In this document: positions 55,185 to 63,842 of the stretch, piece after piece | Layout of the letters: every line of letters begins with the position of its first letter | Position numbering within the stretch: the first letter of the stretch is position 1 | Assembly (NCBI GenBank): GCA_035524965.1 | Contig: DATLFH010000088.1 | Span: 33,433-97,432, forward strand | DNA length: 64,000 nt | Direction: 5' to 3' | Origin: Gemmatimonadota bacterium | Lineage (GTDB): Bacteria > Gemmatimonadota > Gemmatimonadetes > JACCXV01 > JAHWKZ01 | Translations under genes and position numbers: made by a program | Notes under the pieces: model-generated | The model's input: the letters and a program-made list of their open reading frames with translations, nothing else | What the model was told of the DNA's origin: nothing | The model's database searches: none

Positions 55185-55851
55185 TCTTCTCGACTATTTC
55201 GCGACGCACCGGGCCGACGTTCTCGGCCGGACGTTAGACCATCTCGTGCTGGTCGGGGTAGCGGTCGGACTCGCCGTCCTGGTCGGTGTTCCGCTCGGGA
55301 TCCTCGCGACCCGACACCGGCGGATCGAGCGGCCGGTCATGGGGACGGCGAGCGTGCTCCAGACGGTCCCGAGCCTCGCTCTCTTCGGTTTCCTGATTTC
55401 CGTCCCTTTCCTGGGGGGCATCGGAGCGCGAACGGCGATTGTCGCGCTCACGCTCTACGCGCTGCTCCCGATCGTGCGAAATACCCACGCCGGGATCCGT
55501 GGGATCGATCCCGCGCTGCGCGAGGCGGGTCGCGGGATGGGAATGACCGACGGGCAGCTCCTGGCGCGGGTCGAGCTGCCTCTCGCCGCCGGAGTGATCC
55601 TCGCCGGAGTCCGTGTGGCGACTGTGATCTCGGTCGGGATCGCGACGATCGCGGCGGCGATTGGCGCCGGTGGTCTCGGCGTCTACATCTTCCAGGGACT
55701 CGCGATGGTCAACACCACGGTCATCCTCGCGGGAGCGGTTCCGGCCGCGATCCTCGCGCTCGCCGCCGACGCGCTTCTGGGGGCAGCCGAGAGACGGCTC
55801 AGCCCGGCGGGCGGCCCGAGCGCCGGCTCCCGCGATCCACGCCCGCAGTGA
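55177..55851 (+). CDS. Osmoprotectant/betaine-type ABC transporter permease
   Basis: GTG 55177; LQTVPSLAL, YALLPIVRNT, EAGRGMGMT, VELPLA and IGAGGLG motifs. Confidence 0.92.
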   Translation: MIDLLDYFATHRADVLGRTLDHLVLVGVAVGLAVLVGVPLGILATRHRRIERPVMGTASVLQTVPSLALFGFLISVPFLGGIGARTAIVALTLYALLPIVRNTHAGIRGIDPALREAGRGMGMTDGQLLARVELPLAAGVILAGVRVATVISVGIATIAAAIGAGGLGVYIFQGLAMVNTTVILAGAVPAAILALAADALLGAAERRLSPAGGPSAGSRDPRPQ

Positions 55852-56729
55852 GTCCGCGGATGAGTGTCGCGGGGCTGTGGGGCGCGGGGTTGTGGGGCGC
55901 GGCGGCGATCGTGTCCTGCGGCGCCGGGGACGCCGTCGTCGTGGGCTCGAAGAACTTCACCGAGCAGAACCTCCTCTCCGAGATCGTCGCCCAGGAACTG
56001 GAAGCGCGCGGCGTCGAGGTCGAGCGGCGATTCCACCTGGGCGGCACGTTCGTCTGCCACCGAGCGATCGTCGGGGGCGAGATCGACCTCTACGTCGAGT
56101 ATTCCGGGACGGCGCTGACCGCGATCCTGAAGGAGCCGCCGATGCAGGACGCCGGGGCGGTCAACCGCACGGTCGCCGCAGCGTATCGCGAGCGCTGGAG
56201 CCTCGCCTGGGGACCGCCGCTCGGGTTCGACAACACGTTCGCCCTCGTCGTGCGGAAGGGTGACGCCGACTCGCTCGGCCTGGCGACGATCAGCGACCTG
56301 ACGGCGGTCGCTGCGGGCCTCACGGCGGCCTTCGGGCCCGAGTTCATGGCGCGCGAGGACGGCTATCCCGGCTTACGCGAGAAGTACGGCATCGACTTCG
56401 GCGCGGTGCGCCAGATGGACCTGGGGCTCATGTACCGCGCGCTGGCCGAAGGCGCCGTCGACGTGGCGGTGGCGAACTCGACCGACGGCCAGATCGCGGC
56501 GCTCGATCTGGTCGTGCTGGCGGACGACCGGCGGTACTTTCCCCCCTACGAGGCGGCGCCGGTCGTGCGGCTGGACGCGCTCGACCGCTGGCCGGCCGTC
56601 GGTGAGGCGCTCCGGGCGCTGGCGGGTTCGCTGACGGAGGAGGAGATGCGGAAGCTGAACCGCGAGATCGACGTCGAGGGCGGCGACGTAGCCGCCGTCG
56701 CCCGCGCCTGGCGCGAGAAGGAGGGATAG
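55848..56729 (+). CDS. Quaternary-amine (betaine-type) ABC substrate-binding lipoprotein
   Basis: Lipobox VS-C; GSKNFTEQ, EYSGT, DNTF, EFMAREDG, STDG and FPPY motifs. Confidence 0.92.
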   Translation: MSPRMSVAGLWGAGLWGAAAIVSCGAGDAVVVGSKNFTEQNLLSEIVAQELEARGVEVERRFHLGGTFVCHRAIVGGEIDLYVEYSGTALTAILKEPPMQDAGAVNRTVAAAYRERWSLAWGPPLGFDNTFALVVRKGDADSLGLATISDLTAVAAGLTAAFGPEFMAREDGYPGLREKYGIDFGAVRQMDLGLMYRALAEGAVDVAVANSTDGQIAALDLVVLADDRRYFPPYEAAPVVRLDALDRWPAVGEALRALAGSLTEEEMRKLNREIDVEGGDVAAVARAWREKEG

Positions 56730-56730
56730 G

Positions 56731-57114
56731 ATGAAGACGGATCTCCTGCACACGATGATCCGGGTCAGGGATCTCGACCGATCGGTCAAGTTCTACACGC
56801 AGGTCCTCGGGATGAAGGAGGCGCGCCGAACGGTGCTCGAAAAGGCAAATGCTACGCTGGTCTTCCTGGTCGACGAGCGGGGCCACCATCCGATCGAGCT
56901 GACGTACAACCACGACGGGCGCGACTACGATCTGGGAAATCAGTTCGGTCACCTGGCGTTCGCCGTCCGCGATCTCGAGGCGGCGGGCGAGGAGCTCCGG
57001 GCGCACGATGTCGAGTTCAGCCGAGGCCCCTACCGGGTCGGCGGAAACGGCTCGCGGATCGCCTTCATCAAGGATCCGGACGGGATCGAGATCGAGCTGA
57101 TCGAGCGCTCATGA
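56731..57114 (+). CDS. gloA: Lactoylglutathione lyase (glyoxalase I, VOC family)
   Basis: LHTMIRV.DL..S..FY, IELTYN, FGHLAF and DPDG..IEL, with all four metal ligands. Confidence 0.85.
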   Translation: MKTDLLHTMIRVRDLDRSVKFYTQVLGMKEARRTVLEKANATLVFLVDERGHHPIELTYNHDGRDYDLGNQFGHLAFAVRDLEAAGEELRAHDVEFSRGPYRVGGNGSRIAFIKDPDGIEIELIERS

Positions 57115-57117
57115 GCG

Positions 57118-57146
57118 TTGACGCCGGCGCAGCGATCGAGTACACT
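57118..57146 (+). promoter_or_regulatory. sigma70 promoter of the infC operon
   Basis: TTGACG-17 bp-TACACT. Confidence 0.75.
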
Positions 57147-57187
57147 TTCTGCGTTGGCTCCGGCTTCGGCCGGAGCCGTTCACAGAT

Positions 57188-57356
57188 CAAGCAGAAGCCG
57201 CCGGCTTCTCGCCTGACGGACGCCGAGGCGCTGTCCGCAGGTACGGGGACGCGACGCCGACTCTTCCCATAACGGGAACTATGCCCGAGGGAAACGCCGG
57301 CGCTGGCGTTTTTTGGAGGCGGGCTTCTGCGAAATGCGCGGGCGGCCCGCTTTTTG
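57188..57356 (+). ncRNA. L20-leader-like attenuator upstream of infC-rpmI-rplT
   Basis: AAGCAGAAGC..CGGCTTCTCGCCTGA...GCAGG resembles the L20 leader as remembered; alternative pairing GCAGAAGCC (57191-99) with GGCTTCTGC (57322-30); terminator ending GCCCGCTTTTT. Confidence 0.62.
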
Positions 57357-57413
57357 TACATCCGGGCCCTGGCGCATCCGGCGCGACCGAAACCCGAACC
57401 CAGGAGGTCCTAC

Positions 57414-57956
57414 ATCAGTCAGAACGAGCCGCGGGTCAATCATCAGATCCGCTTTTCACCCGTTCGACTCATCGACTCGGATGGCGAGCAGCTCGGTGTC
57501 GTTCCGATCGAAGAAGCCCAGGCGGCGGCCCGAGAGAAAGACCTCGATCTGGTGGAGGTCGCACCGAACGCGCGGCCACCGGTCTGCCGAATCATGGATT
57601 ACGGCCGCTACAAGTACGAACAGGCTAAAGCGGACCGCGAGGCGCGCCGGAAGCAACACGTCACGCAGATGAAAGAGATCAAGATGCGGCCCAACATCGA
57701 GGAGCACGATTTCGAGTTCAAGACCCGGCACATCCGCCGTTTTCTCGAGGAACGCAACAAGGTCAAGGTGACGATCATGTTCCGCGGGCGCGAGATGGCG
57801 CATACCGAGAACGGCCGGGAAGTGCTCGACGACGTCGTGGAAGAGCTCGGGGAGCTGGCCGTGATCGAGCAACAGGCGCGGCTGGAAGGACGCAACATGT
57901 TCATGATCCTCGCGCCGAGCATGAAGGCGGGCGTCCGCCGCAACCCGACTGGCTAA
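57414..57956 (+). CDS. infC: Translation initiation factor IF-3 (ATC start)
   Basis: GGAGGT RBS, then in-frame ATC 57414; [32 protein letters not shown] and FRGRE motifs. Confidence 0.96.
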   Translation: MSQNEPRVNHQIRFSPVRLIDSDGEQLGVVPIEEAQAAAREKDLDLVEVAPNARPPVCRIMDYGRYKYEQAKADREARRKQHVTQMKEIKMRPNIEEHDFEFKTRHIRRFLEERNKVKVTIMFRGREMAHTENGREVLDDVVEELGELAVIEQQARLEGRNMFMILAPSMKAGVRRNPTG

Positions 57957-57970
57957 GGCGAGGTACCGAA

Positions 57971-58165
57971 ATGCCGAAGATGAAAACAAACCGCGGGGCC
58001 GCCAAACGGTTCCGGAAGACGACGCGCGGGAAGATCAAGCGCAAGCGAGGCTACCTGCGCCATATCCTGACCAAGAAGACGAGCAAGAGAAAGCGGCATC
58101 TTCGGAAAGCCGGATACGTCCACCCGGCCGACGAGGGCCGCATCAAGCGGCTCCTGAGCTCGTAG
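57971..58165 (+). CDS. rpmI: 50S ribosomal protein L35
   Basis: [14 protein letters not shown]...RHILTKK. Confidence 0.98.
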   Translation: MPKMKTNRGAAKRFRKTTRGKIKRKRGYLRHILTKKTSKRKRHLRKAGYVHPADEGRIKRLLSS

Positions 58166-58180
58166 GAGCAGGAGGCGAGA

Positions 58181-58534
58181 ATGCCGCGCGCATCGAACAA
58201 CGTCCAGCGCACCCGACGGCGCAAGAAGATCCTCAAGCAGGCGCGGGGGTACCGGGGCGGTCGCCATCGGCTCTACATCCCGGCCAAGGAGACGGTCGAG
58301 CGGGGGCTGCGCTACGCCTACCGCGACCGCCGCGCCAAGAAGCGGCAGTTCCGGAAGCTGTGGATCACCCGTATCAATGCCGCCGCCCGCGAGCACGGGC
58401 TCTCTTACTCCCGTTTCATCCATGGCCTGAAGGCGGCCGAGATCGAGATCGACAGGAAGCTCCTGGCGGAGCTGGCCGTCAACGACCCCGACGGGTTCGC
58501 GCGATTGGCCGCCGCCGCCAAGGGCCGGCTCTGA
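58181..58534 (+). CDS. rplT: 50S ribosomal protein L20
   Basis: [26 protein letters not shown] and [10 protein letters not shown] motifs. Confidence 0.98.
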   Translation: MPRASNNVQRTRRRKKILKQARGYRGGRHRLYIPAKETVERGLRYAYRDRRAKKRQFRKLWITRINAAAREHGLSYSRFIHGLKAAEIEIDRKLLAELAVNDPDGFARLAAAAKGRL

Positions 58535-58562
58535 GGCGCCTCCCGGCAGCGACCGTCCTGTC

Positions 58563-59603
58563 ATGATGGTGGAGCTTCGCGATCGGCTGGAGAACCTCCG
58601 CCGCGCGGTGGAGCGGGACCTGGAAGCGGCTGCCGGTCCAACCGAGGTCGAGGCGATCCGTGTTCGCGCCCTGGGCCGCAAGGGCAGTCTGACCGGCGAG
58701 GCGAAGGCGATCGGCGCCCTGGCGCCGGAGGAGCGCCCGGCTGCCGGCGAGCTCGTGAACCGGATCAAGGGCGAGATCGAGGCTGCGATCGAGGCGCGCG
58801 AGCGAACGCTGGCCGAGACCCAGCTCGCCGCGCGCCTCGAAGCCGAAAGGCTCGATGTGACCCTCCCCGGGCGGCGCCGCGGACAGGGAACGCGCCACCC
58901 CATCACGATCGTCACCGACGAGCTGATCGAGATCTTCCGGCGGATGGGGTTCGAGGTCGCCACCGGCCCCGAAGCCGAGACGACGTGGCACAACTTCGAG
59001 GCACTGAACATCCCCCCCGGACACCCTGCCCGCGAGGAGATGGACACGCTGTATATCAGCGACGAGGTCGTCCTACGGACCCACACTTCCCCCGTCCAGA
59101 TCCGGGTCATGGAGGAGCGTGATCCGCCGGTCAGGATCGTGTGCCCCGGGCGCGTCTTCCGGAGCGATACTCCCGACGCCTCCCACTCGCCCTACTTCCA
59201 TCAGATCGAGGGGTTGTGGGTCGACGAGGGGATCTCGCTCGCGCATCTCAAGTGGGCCCTGACCGAGTTCGTCCACCGCTACTTCGGCCCTCAGATCGAT
59301 GTCCGCTTCCGGCCCTCGTACTTCCCGTTCACCGAGCCTTCCGCCGAGCTCGACATGGGATGCCTGTTCTGCCGTGGCGCAGGATGCCGGGTATGCAAGG
59401 GGACCGGCTGGATGGAGCTGCTGGGATGCGGCATGGTGCACCCGGCGGTCCTCGAGGCGGTCGGAACCGACAGCGAACGGTACACGGGCTTCGCGTGGGG
59501 GCTGGGCGTCGACCGGATCGCGATGCTGAAGCACGGGGTCGGCGACATCCGGCTCTTCTTCGAGAACGACGTGCGGTTCCTGCATCAGTTCGCCGTGGCA
59601 TGA
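58563..59603 (+). CDS. pheS: Phenylalanine--tRNA ligase alpha subunit
   Basis: HPAR, LRTHTS, HSPYFHQIEG, FPFTEPS and GCGMVHP motifs. Confidence 0.98.
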   Translation: MMVELRDRLENLRRAVERDLEAAAGPTEVEAIRVRALGRKGSLTGEAKAIGALAPEERPAAGELVNRIKGEIEAAIEARERTLAETQLAARLEAERLDVTLPGRRRGQGTRHPITIVTDELIEIFRRMGFEVATGPEAETTWHNFEALNIPPGHPAREEMDTLYISDEVVLRTHTSPVQIRVMEERDPPVRIVCPGRVFRSDTPDASHSPYFHQIEGLWVDEGISLAHLKWALTEFVHRYFGPQIDVRFRPSYFPFTEPSAELDMGCLFCRGAGCRVCKGTGWMELLGCGMVHPAVLEAVGTDSERYTGFAWGLGVDRIAMLKHGVGDIRLFFENDVRFLHQFAVA

Positions 59604-62017
59604 ACGTCTCCTTCCGCTGGCTGACCACCTTCTTTCCGCTCGGGGCGCTGGATGCGATCGGCGCCGAGGAGCTGGCCCGGCGCCTGACCCTGCAGGGGTT
59701 CCCCGTGGACGAGGTGCGGCGGCCCTTCGCGGCCTTCTCGGGAGTCGTTCTCGGCAAGGTCCTGGCGGTGCGGCCGCACCCCAACGCGGACCGGCTGACC
59801 CTGTGCACGGTATCGGCCGGCGACGGGGAGCGGCAGGTCGTGTGCGGCGCCCCGAACGTGGAGGTGGGCGCCGTTTACGGCTACGCGATGGAGGGGGCGC
59901 AACTCCCCGGGGAACGGAGCATCCGACGAACGAAGATCCGCGGGGTCGAATCCCAGGGCATGCTCTGCTCGGCTCCCGAGCTCGGGCTCGACGCGCTCGG
60001 ATCGGCCGAAGGGATATGGCCGCTTCCCGGCGCCGTCGAGGGGGACCTGGGGAGAGATCTGCGCGAGGTCCTCGATCTGGACGATGTCGTCTTCGCGATC
60101 GACGTGACGTCGAATCGGGGCGACGCGCTGTCCCACTGGGGGATCGCCCGGGAAGTTCAGTGGATGACCGGCGAGCGCTGCACGCTGCCGGAAGTAGGGC
60201 TCGCCGAGACCGGCGCACCAGCCGCCGCGCGTACAAGTGTAAGCGTAGAGGATCCGGACGGCTGCCCGGTCTATCTGGGACGCCTGATCGACGGTGCTCG
60301 AGTGGCCCGCAGTCCGGCCTGGATGCAGACCAGACTCCTCGCCGTCGGCCAGCGGCCGGTCAACAACATCGTCGATGCGACGAACTTCGTGATGCTCGAG
60401 TGCGGACAACCGCTCCACGGATTCGATTTCGACCGCCTTCTCGGCGGGCGGATCATCGTCCGCCGGGGGCGGCCGGAGGAACGGATCACGACGCTGGACG
60501 GCCGTGAGCGAAGGGTCGATCCGGAGATGACGATGATCGCCGATGAGGACGAGGCCGTCGCGATCGGTGGGGTCATGGGAGGGAGCGATTCGGAGGTCAC
60601 CGACGCCACGTCGACGGTGTTCCTCGAATCGGCCCACTTCGATCCGGGACGGCTCGGGCGGACCGCCCGTCGCCTGGGCATCGTCACCGAGGCGTCGGTT
60701 CGTTTCGCGCGCGGTGTCGATCCGGCGATCACCGTTTGGGGGCTGGACCGCGCCGCGGCGCTGATCGCCGAGGGGGCCGGGGGACAGGTGGCCGAGGGCC
60801 GTGTCGGCGTCCCGCCGGCGGTGGAGACCGCAGCGGCAGAGAGAATCCTGCTACGGATGGCGCGACTCGACGCCGTCGCCGGCCGGTCGATCCCGAAGGG
60901 GGAGGCGCGCGGCGTGCTGGAGGCGGTGGGTTTCGGCGTCGAGGAAACCGGCGCCGGCCTGGCGATCCGCGTGCCAGGCTGGCGCTTCGACGTCGCCCGC
61001 GAGGTCGATCTGATCGAGGAGGTGGCACGGCTGAGCGGCTACGACCGGGTGCCGCTCACGCCCCTTCCGTCGCCCCCGGTGGCGTCCGCGGCCGGGAGCG
61101 GAGAGCGCGCCGTGCGTCGGCTCTCGACGGCGGCCCGGGCGGCCGGGTTCGATGAGGCGCGGACGCCCTCGTTCGTAGGTGAGGGAGTGCTGGGAGCCAT
61201 TTTCCCTGTTGACAAAATGGTTGAGTTGCGGAATCCTATCTCCAGAGAGAACCGGTTTTTGAGACCCTTCATCTTCACGACTCTCGGAGGGGCGGTTTGC
61301 TACAATCTGAAGCGCGGGGCCGAGCGGGTGAAGCTCTTCGAGATCGGGCACGCGTTCGCCCCGGGTCCGCGCACCGACGGGCTTCCCGACGAGTCGCGCC
61401 GGTTGGCGTTGGCGGCGGCCGGCGACCGCGGGCCGCTCGACTGGTCCCGCGAGAGCTCTCCGCCCTACGACTTCTTCGACCTCAAGGGGGACCTCGAGGA
61501 CGTGCTCTGGCACGGGGCCGCCCTCCGCGCCCGGCTGGTCCCCTCGGAGCGGGCCTTCCTCCACTCCGGCCGGCGGGCGGAGATCCTGACCCCGGACGGT
61601 GCTCCGATCGGCTTCTGTGGCGAGCTCGATCCGCGGGTCGCCTGGAGCTGGGGGGCGAACGCGAGGCTGTACGTGGCGGAATGCGACCTGGCGGCTCTGT
61701 CGTCGGAACCGGCGACGGTCCTGGCCGAGGAGATCTCCCGTGCACCCGCCGTGCAGCGCGACCTGGCGCTCGTCGTTCCGGAGGCGCACGCGGCGGCCGA
61801 GGTGGTGTCGGCCGTCCAGGACGCCGCCGGCGATCGGCTGGCGCGGATCGCGGTCTTCGACCGCTATCGGGGCCCGCAGGTTTCGGAAGGAGCCTACAGC
61901 CTGGGGCTCCGGCTGACGTTTCAGGCGGAGCGGACGCTGACCGACTCGGAGGTGGACGCGAGCGTGGAGCGAATCGTGAAGCACCTGGCCGAGCAGCACG
62001 GCTATACTCTGCGATGA
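59600..62017 (+). CDS. pheT: Phenylalanine--tRNA ligase beta subunit
   Basis: ATG 59600; HPNADRL, VVCGAPN, RGVESQGMLCS, SNRGD, GQPLH.FD and REVDLIEEVARL motifs; FDX-ACB C-terminus. Confidence 0.97.
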   Translation: MNVSFRWLTTFFPLGALDAIGAEELARRLTLQGFPVDEVRRPFAAFSGVVLGKVLAVRPHPNADRLTLCTVSAGDGERQVVCGAPNVEVGAVYGYAMEGAQLPGERSIRRTKIRGVESQGMLCSAPELGLDALGSAEGIWPLPGAVEGDLGRDLREVLDLDDVVFAIDVTSNRGDALSHWGIAREVQWMTGERCTLPEVGLAETGAPAAARTSVSVEDPDGCPVYLGRLIDGARVARSPAWMQTRLLAVGQRPVNNIVDATNFVMLECGQPLHGFDFDRLLGGRIIVRRGRPEERITTLDGRERRVDPEMTMIADEDEAVAIGGVMGGSDSEVTDATSTVFLESAHFDPGRLGRTARRLGIVTEASVRFARGVDPAITVWGLDRAAALIAEGAGGQVAEGRVGVPPAVETAAAERILLRMARLDAVAGRSIPKGEARGVLEAVGFGVEETGAGLAIRVPGWRFDVAREVDLIEEVARLSGYDRVPLTPLPSPPVASAAGSGERAVRRLSTAARAAGFDEARTPSFVGEGVLGAIFPVDKMVELRNPISRENRFLRPFIFTTLGGAVCYNLKRGAERVKLFEIGHAFAPGPRTDGLPDESRRLALAAAGDRGPLDWSRESSPPYDFFDLKGDLEDVLWHGAALRARLVPSERAFLHSGRRAEILTPDGAPIGFCGELDPRVAWSWGANARLYVAECDLAALSSEPATVLAEEISRAPAVQRDLALVVPEAHAAAEVVSAVQDAAGDRLARIAVFDRYRGPQVSEGAYSLGLRLTFQAERTLTDSEVDASVERIVKHLAEQHGYTLR

Positions 62018-62050
62018 GGCGCTACTCTCGATGAGGCGCCGGAGGCGGGT

Positions 62051-62374
62051 GTGAACGAGCGACGGCGCACCGGTGGGACCGATGCCCGGGACGGCGCGAG
62101 GGCGAGCGGGCCGGAGGCGCGCCTCGGGATCTCGCTGGACAGGCTCGAGGAAAGAATTAAGTTGCTCCTGGCGCGGCACGCGGAGCTGGTGGAACGTTAC
62201 CGCACGCTCACTGCGGCCCGGCAGCGACTCGATGGCGATCTCGATCCGGTCGCTCTCGACGAGCGGTTGCGCACGCTGGAGGCGGAAAACGATCGTCTCG
62301 TGCGTCACACGGCGTTCCTGGAAAGCAGGATCCGCGAGCTTCTGTCACGAATCCGCTATGTAGTCGAGGCATGA
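62051..62374 (+). CDS. Coiled-coil protein, ZapB-like by position
   Basis: Heptad-rich LDRLEERIKLLL...LEAENDRL...IRELL, directly upstream of zapA. Confidence 0.6.
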   Translation: MNERRRTGGTDARDGARASGPEARLGISLDRLEERIKLLLARHAELVERYRTLTAARQRLDGDLDPVALDERLRTLEAENDRLVRHTAFLESRIRELLSRIRYVVEA

Positions 62375-62736
62375 CCCTCTTGAATGAGCCCGACACGATC
62401 AAGGTCACGGTACTCGACGAGCCGCTCCGGATCGCTTCCGAGGCGGATCCCGAGTACACGCGTGAGGTCGCGGCGCACGTCGATCGTACCCTGCGCGCGC
62501 TGAGGGATTCGGCCCCAACGATGGAGCCCTTCAAGAACGCCGTCCTCGGCGCGATGGAAATCACTGACGACCTTCTGCGTGACCGTTCGGAGAGAGCCGC
62601 TCTGGCGGCAGAGCTGACCGGGCGAATCGAACGGTTGGACGCGCTCATCGACGGAGCGCTGAAGCAAAGCGTACCCGACAATGGATCGGGCGGATCGCCC
62701 TCCCGCCGATCGCGAAAGGAGACCAGCGCGCGCTGA
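62371..62736 (+). CDS. zapA: Cell division protein ZapA
   Basis: IKVTVLD..LRI, EVAAHVD and AVLGAMEITDDL motifs; pheT-zapA synteny. Confidence 0.88.
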   Translation: MTLLNEPDTIKVTVLDEPLRIASEADPEYTREVAAHVDRTLRALRDSAPTMEPFKNAVLGAMEITDDLLRDRSERAALAAELTGRIERLDALIDGALKQSVPDNGSGGSPSRRSRKETSAR

Positions 62737-62751
62737 AGCCCAGGATCCGCG

Positions 62752-62956
62752 CCGGGGTGAAAGACCCCGCTCGGCCGATCCAGAGAGATCAATTTTTTGA
62801 GCCAACACGCGCTCAGAGGGATCCTCGCTTCGCCCGTCGATCACATGCCTCGGTTCCCGAGGAAGTGAGAACCGGGTGGGGAGGTTACCCACCGTAACGA
62901 TGAGGGCGTCAAAAAATCCTCTCCGGTGAGGCTGCGGCGGGGTCTTTGACTACCGG
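62752..62956 (+). ncRNA. ssrS: 6S RNA
   Basis: Long rod: AAAGACCCCGC (62760-70) pairs with GCGGGGTCTTT (62937-47), TTTTTTGA pairs with TCAAAAAA, GAGAG with CTCTC. Conserved TGAGCC and GCTGCGGCGG motifs; located downstream of zapA. Confidence 0.82.
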
Positions 62957-62986
62957 GTCGAGACCTGCTCGGGGGCCGCGCCACCG

Positions 62987-63769
62987 GTGGATATTCTCTT
63001 CGTCGCCGACGTATTCGGTCGTCCCGGGAGGCGCGCGCTCGAGCGCGGCCTGGCGGCGGCGCGCCGGCGGTCCGAGCTGTCATTCGTGATCGTGAACGGC
63101 GAGAACGCGGCCGGCGGTTTCGGTTTGACGCCCGCGATCGCACGCGAATTTCTCGATGCCGGGACCGACGTCATCACGAGCGGCAACCACATCTGGGACC
63201 GGCGGGAGATCTACGAGCTGCTGGACAGCGAGCCGCGCGTGCTCAGGCCCGACAATTATCCACCGGGAAGCCCCGGTCGCGGCGTGTGGACCGGGACGAT
63301 GGGCGACGTGCCGGCGGCGGTCCTGAACCTCCAGGGCCGTGTCTTCATGAAAGAGATCGACTGTCCTTTCCGCCGGCTGGACGATCTGCTCGCGCGCGAG
63401 GATGTGAAGAGCGCCCGGATCATCGTGCTTGATTTCCACGCCGAAGCGACAGCCGAGAAGGTCGCCATGGGAAGGTACGCCGACGGGCGCGTCACGGCGG
63501 TGATCGGAACCCATACGCACGTGCCGTCGGCCGACGCCTGCATACTGCCCGGCGGCACGGCGTATGTCACCGACGCCGGGATGACCGGCCCACATGGCGG
63601 CGTGATCGGAATCAAGACCGCGGGCGCCCTCCGCCGCTTCCTGACCCAGACGCCGCATCGTTTCGAGGTCGCCGGCGAGAACGTGCGCTTCCAGGGACTG
63701 CGGCTCAGCGTCGACGAGTCCACGGGCCGGGCGGCCGGGATCGAGAGGATCGACGAACCCGATGACTGA
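62987..63769 (+). CDS. ymdB: TIGR00282/YmdB family metallophosphoesterase
   Basis: DVFGRPG, NGENAAGG, TSGNH, RPDNYP, DFHAEAT.EK, GTHTH and TDAGMTGP motifs. Confidence 0.93.
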   Translation: MDILFVADVFGRPGRRALERGLAAARRRSELSFVIVNGENAAGGFGLTPAIAREFLDAGTDVITSGNHIWDRREIYELLDSEPRVLRPDNYPPGSPGRGVWTGTMGDVPAAVLNLQGRVFMKEIDCPFRRLDDLLAREDVKSARIIVLDFHAEATAEKVAMGRYADGRVTAVIGTHTHVPSADACILPGGTAYVTDAGMTGPHGGVIGIKTAGALRRFLTQTPHRFEVAGENVRFQGLRLSVDESTGRAAGIERIDEPDD

Positions 63770-63842
63770 TTCTCCGGGCTCCCACCGCGCCGGCTTCGAT
63801 GCCCTCGCAGTGCATCTGCGCGCGGAGTTTGGCGGCCGGTGA
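63762..63842 (+). CDS. Possible 26-aa bridging ORF between ymdB and tdk
   Basis: ATG overlaps the ymdB end and its TGA overlaps the tdk GTG: [26 protein letters not shown]. Confidence 0.3.
   Translation: MTDSPGSHRAGFDALAVHLRAEFGGR

Noticed and set aside
55870-55900. 15-bp duplication (GLWGA GLWGA) in the SBP signal peptide
   Set aside because: Two copies in a poorly constrained signal region; no evident functional consequence.
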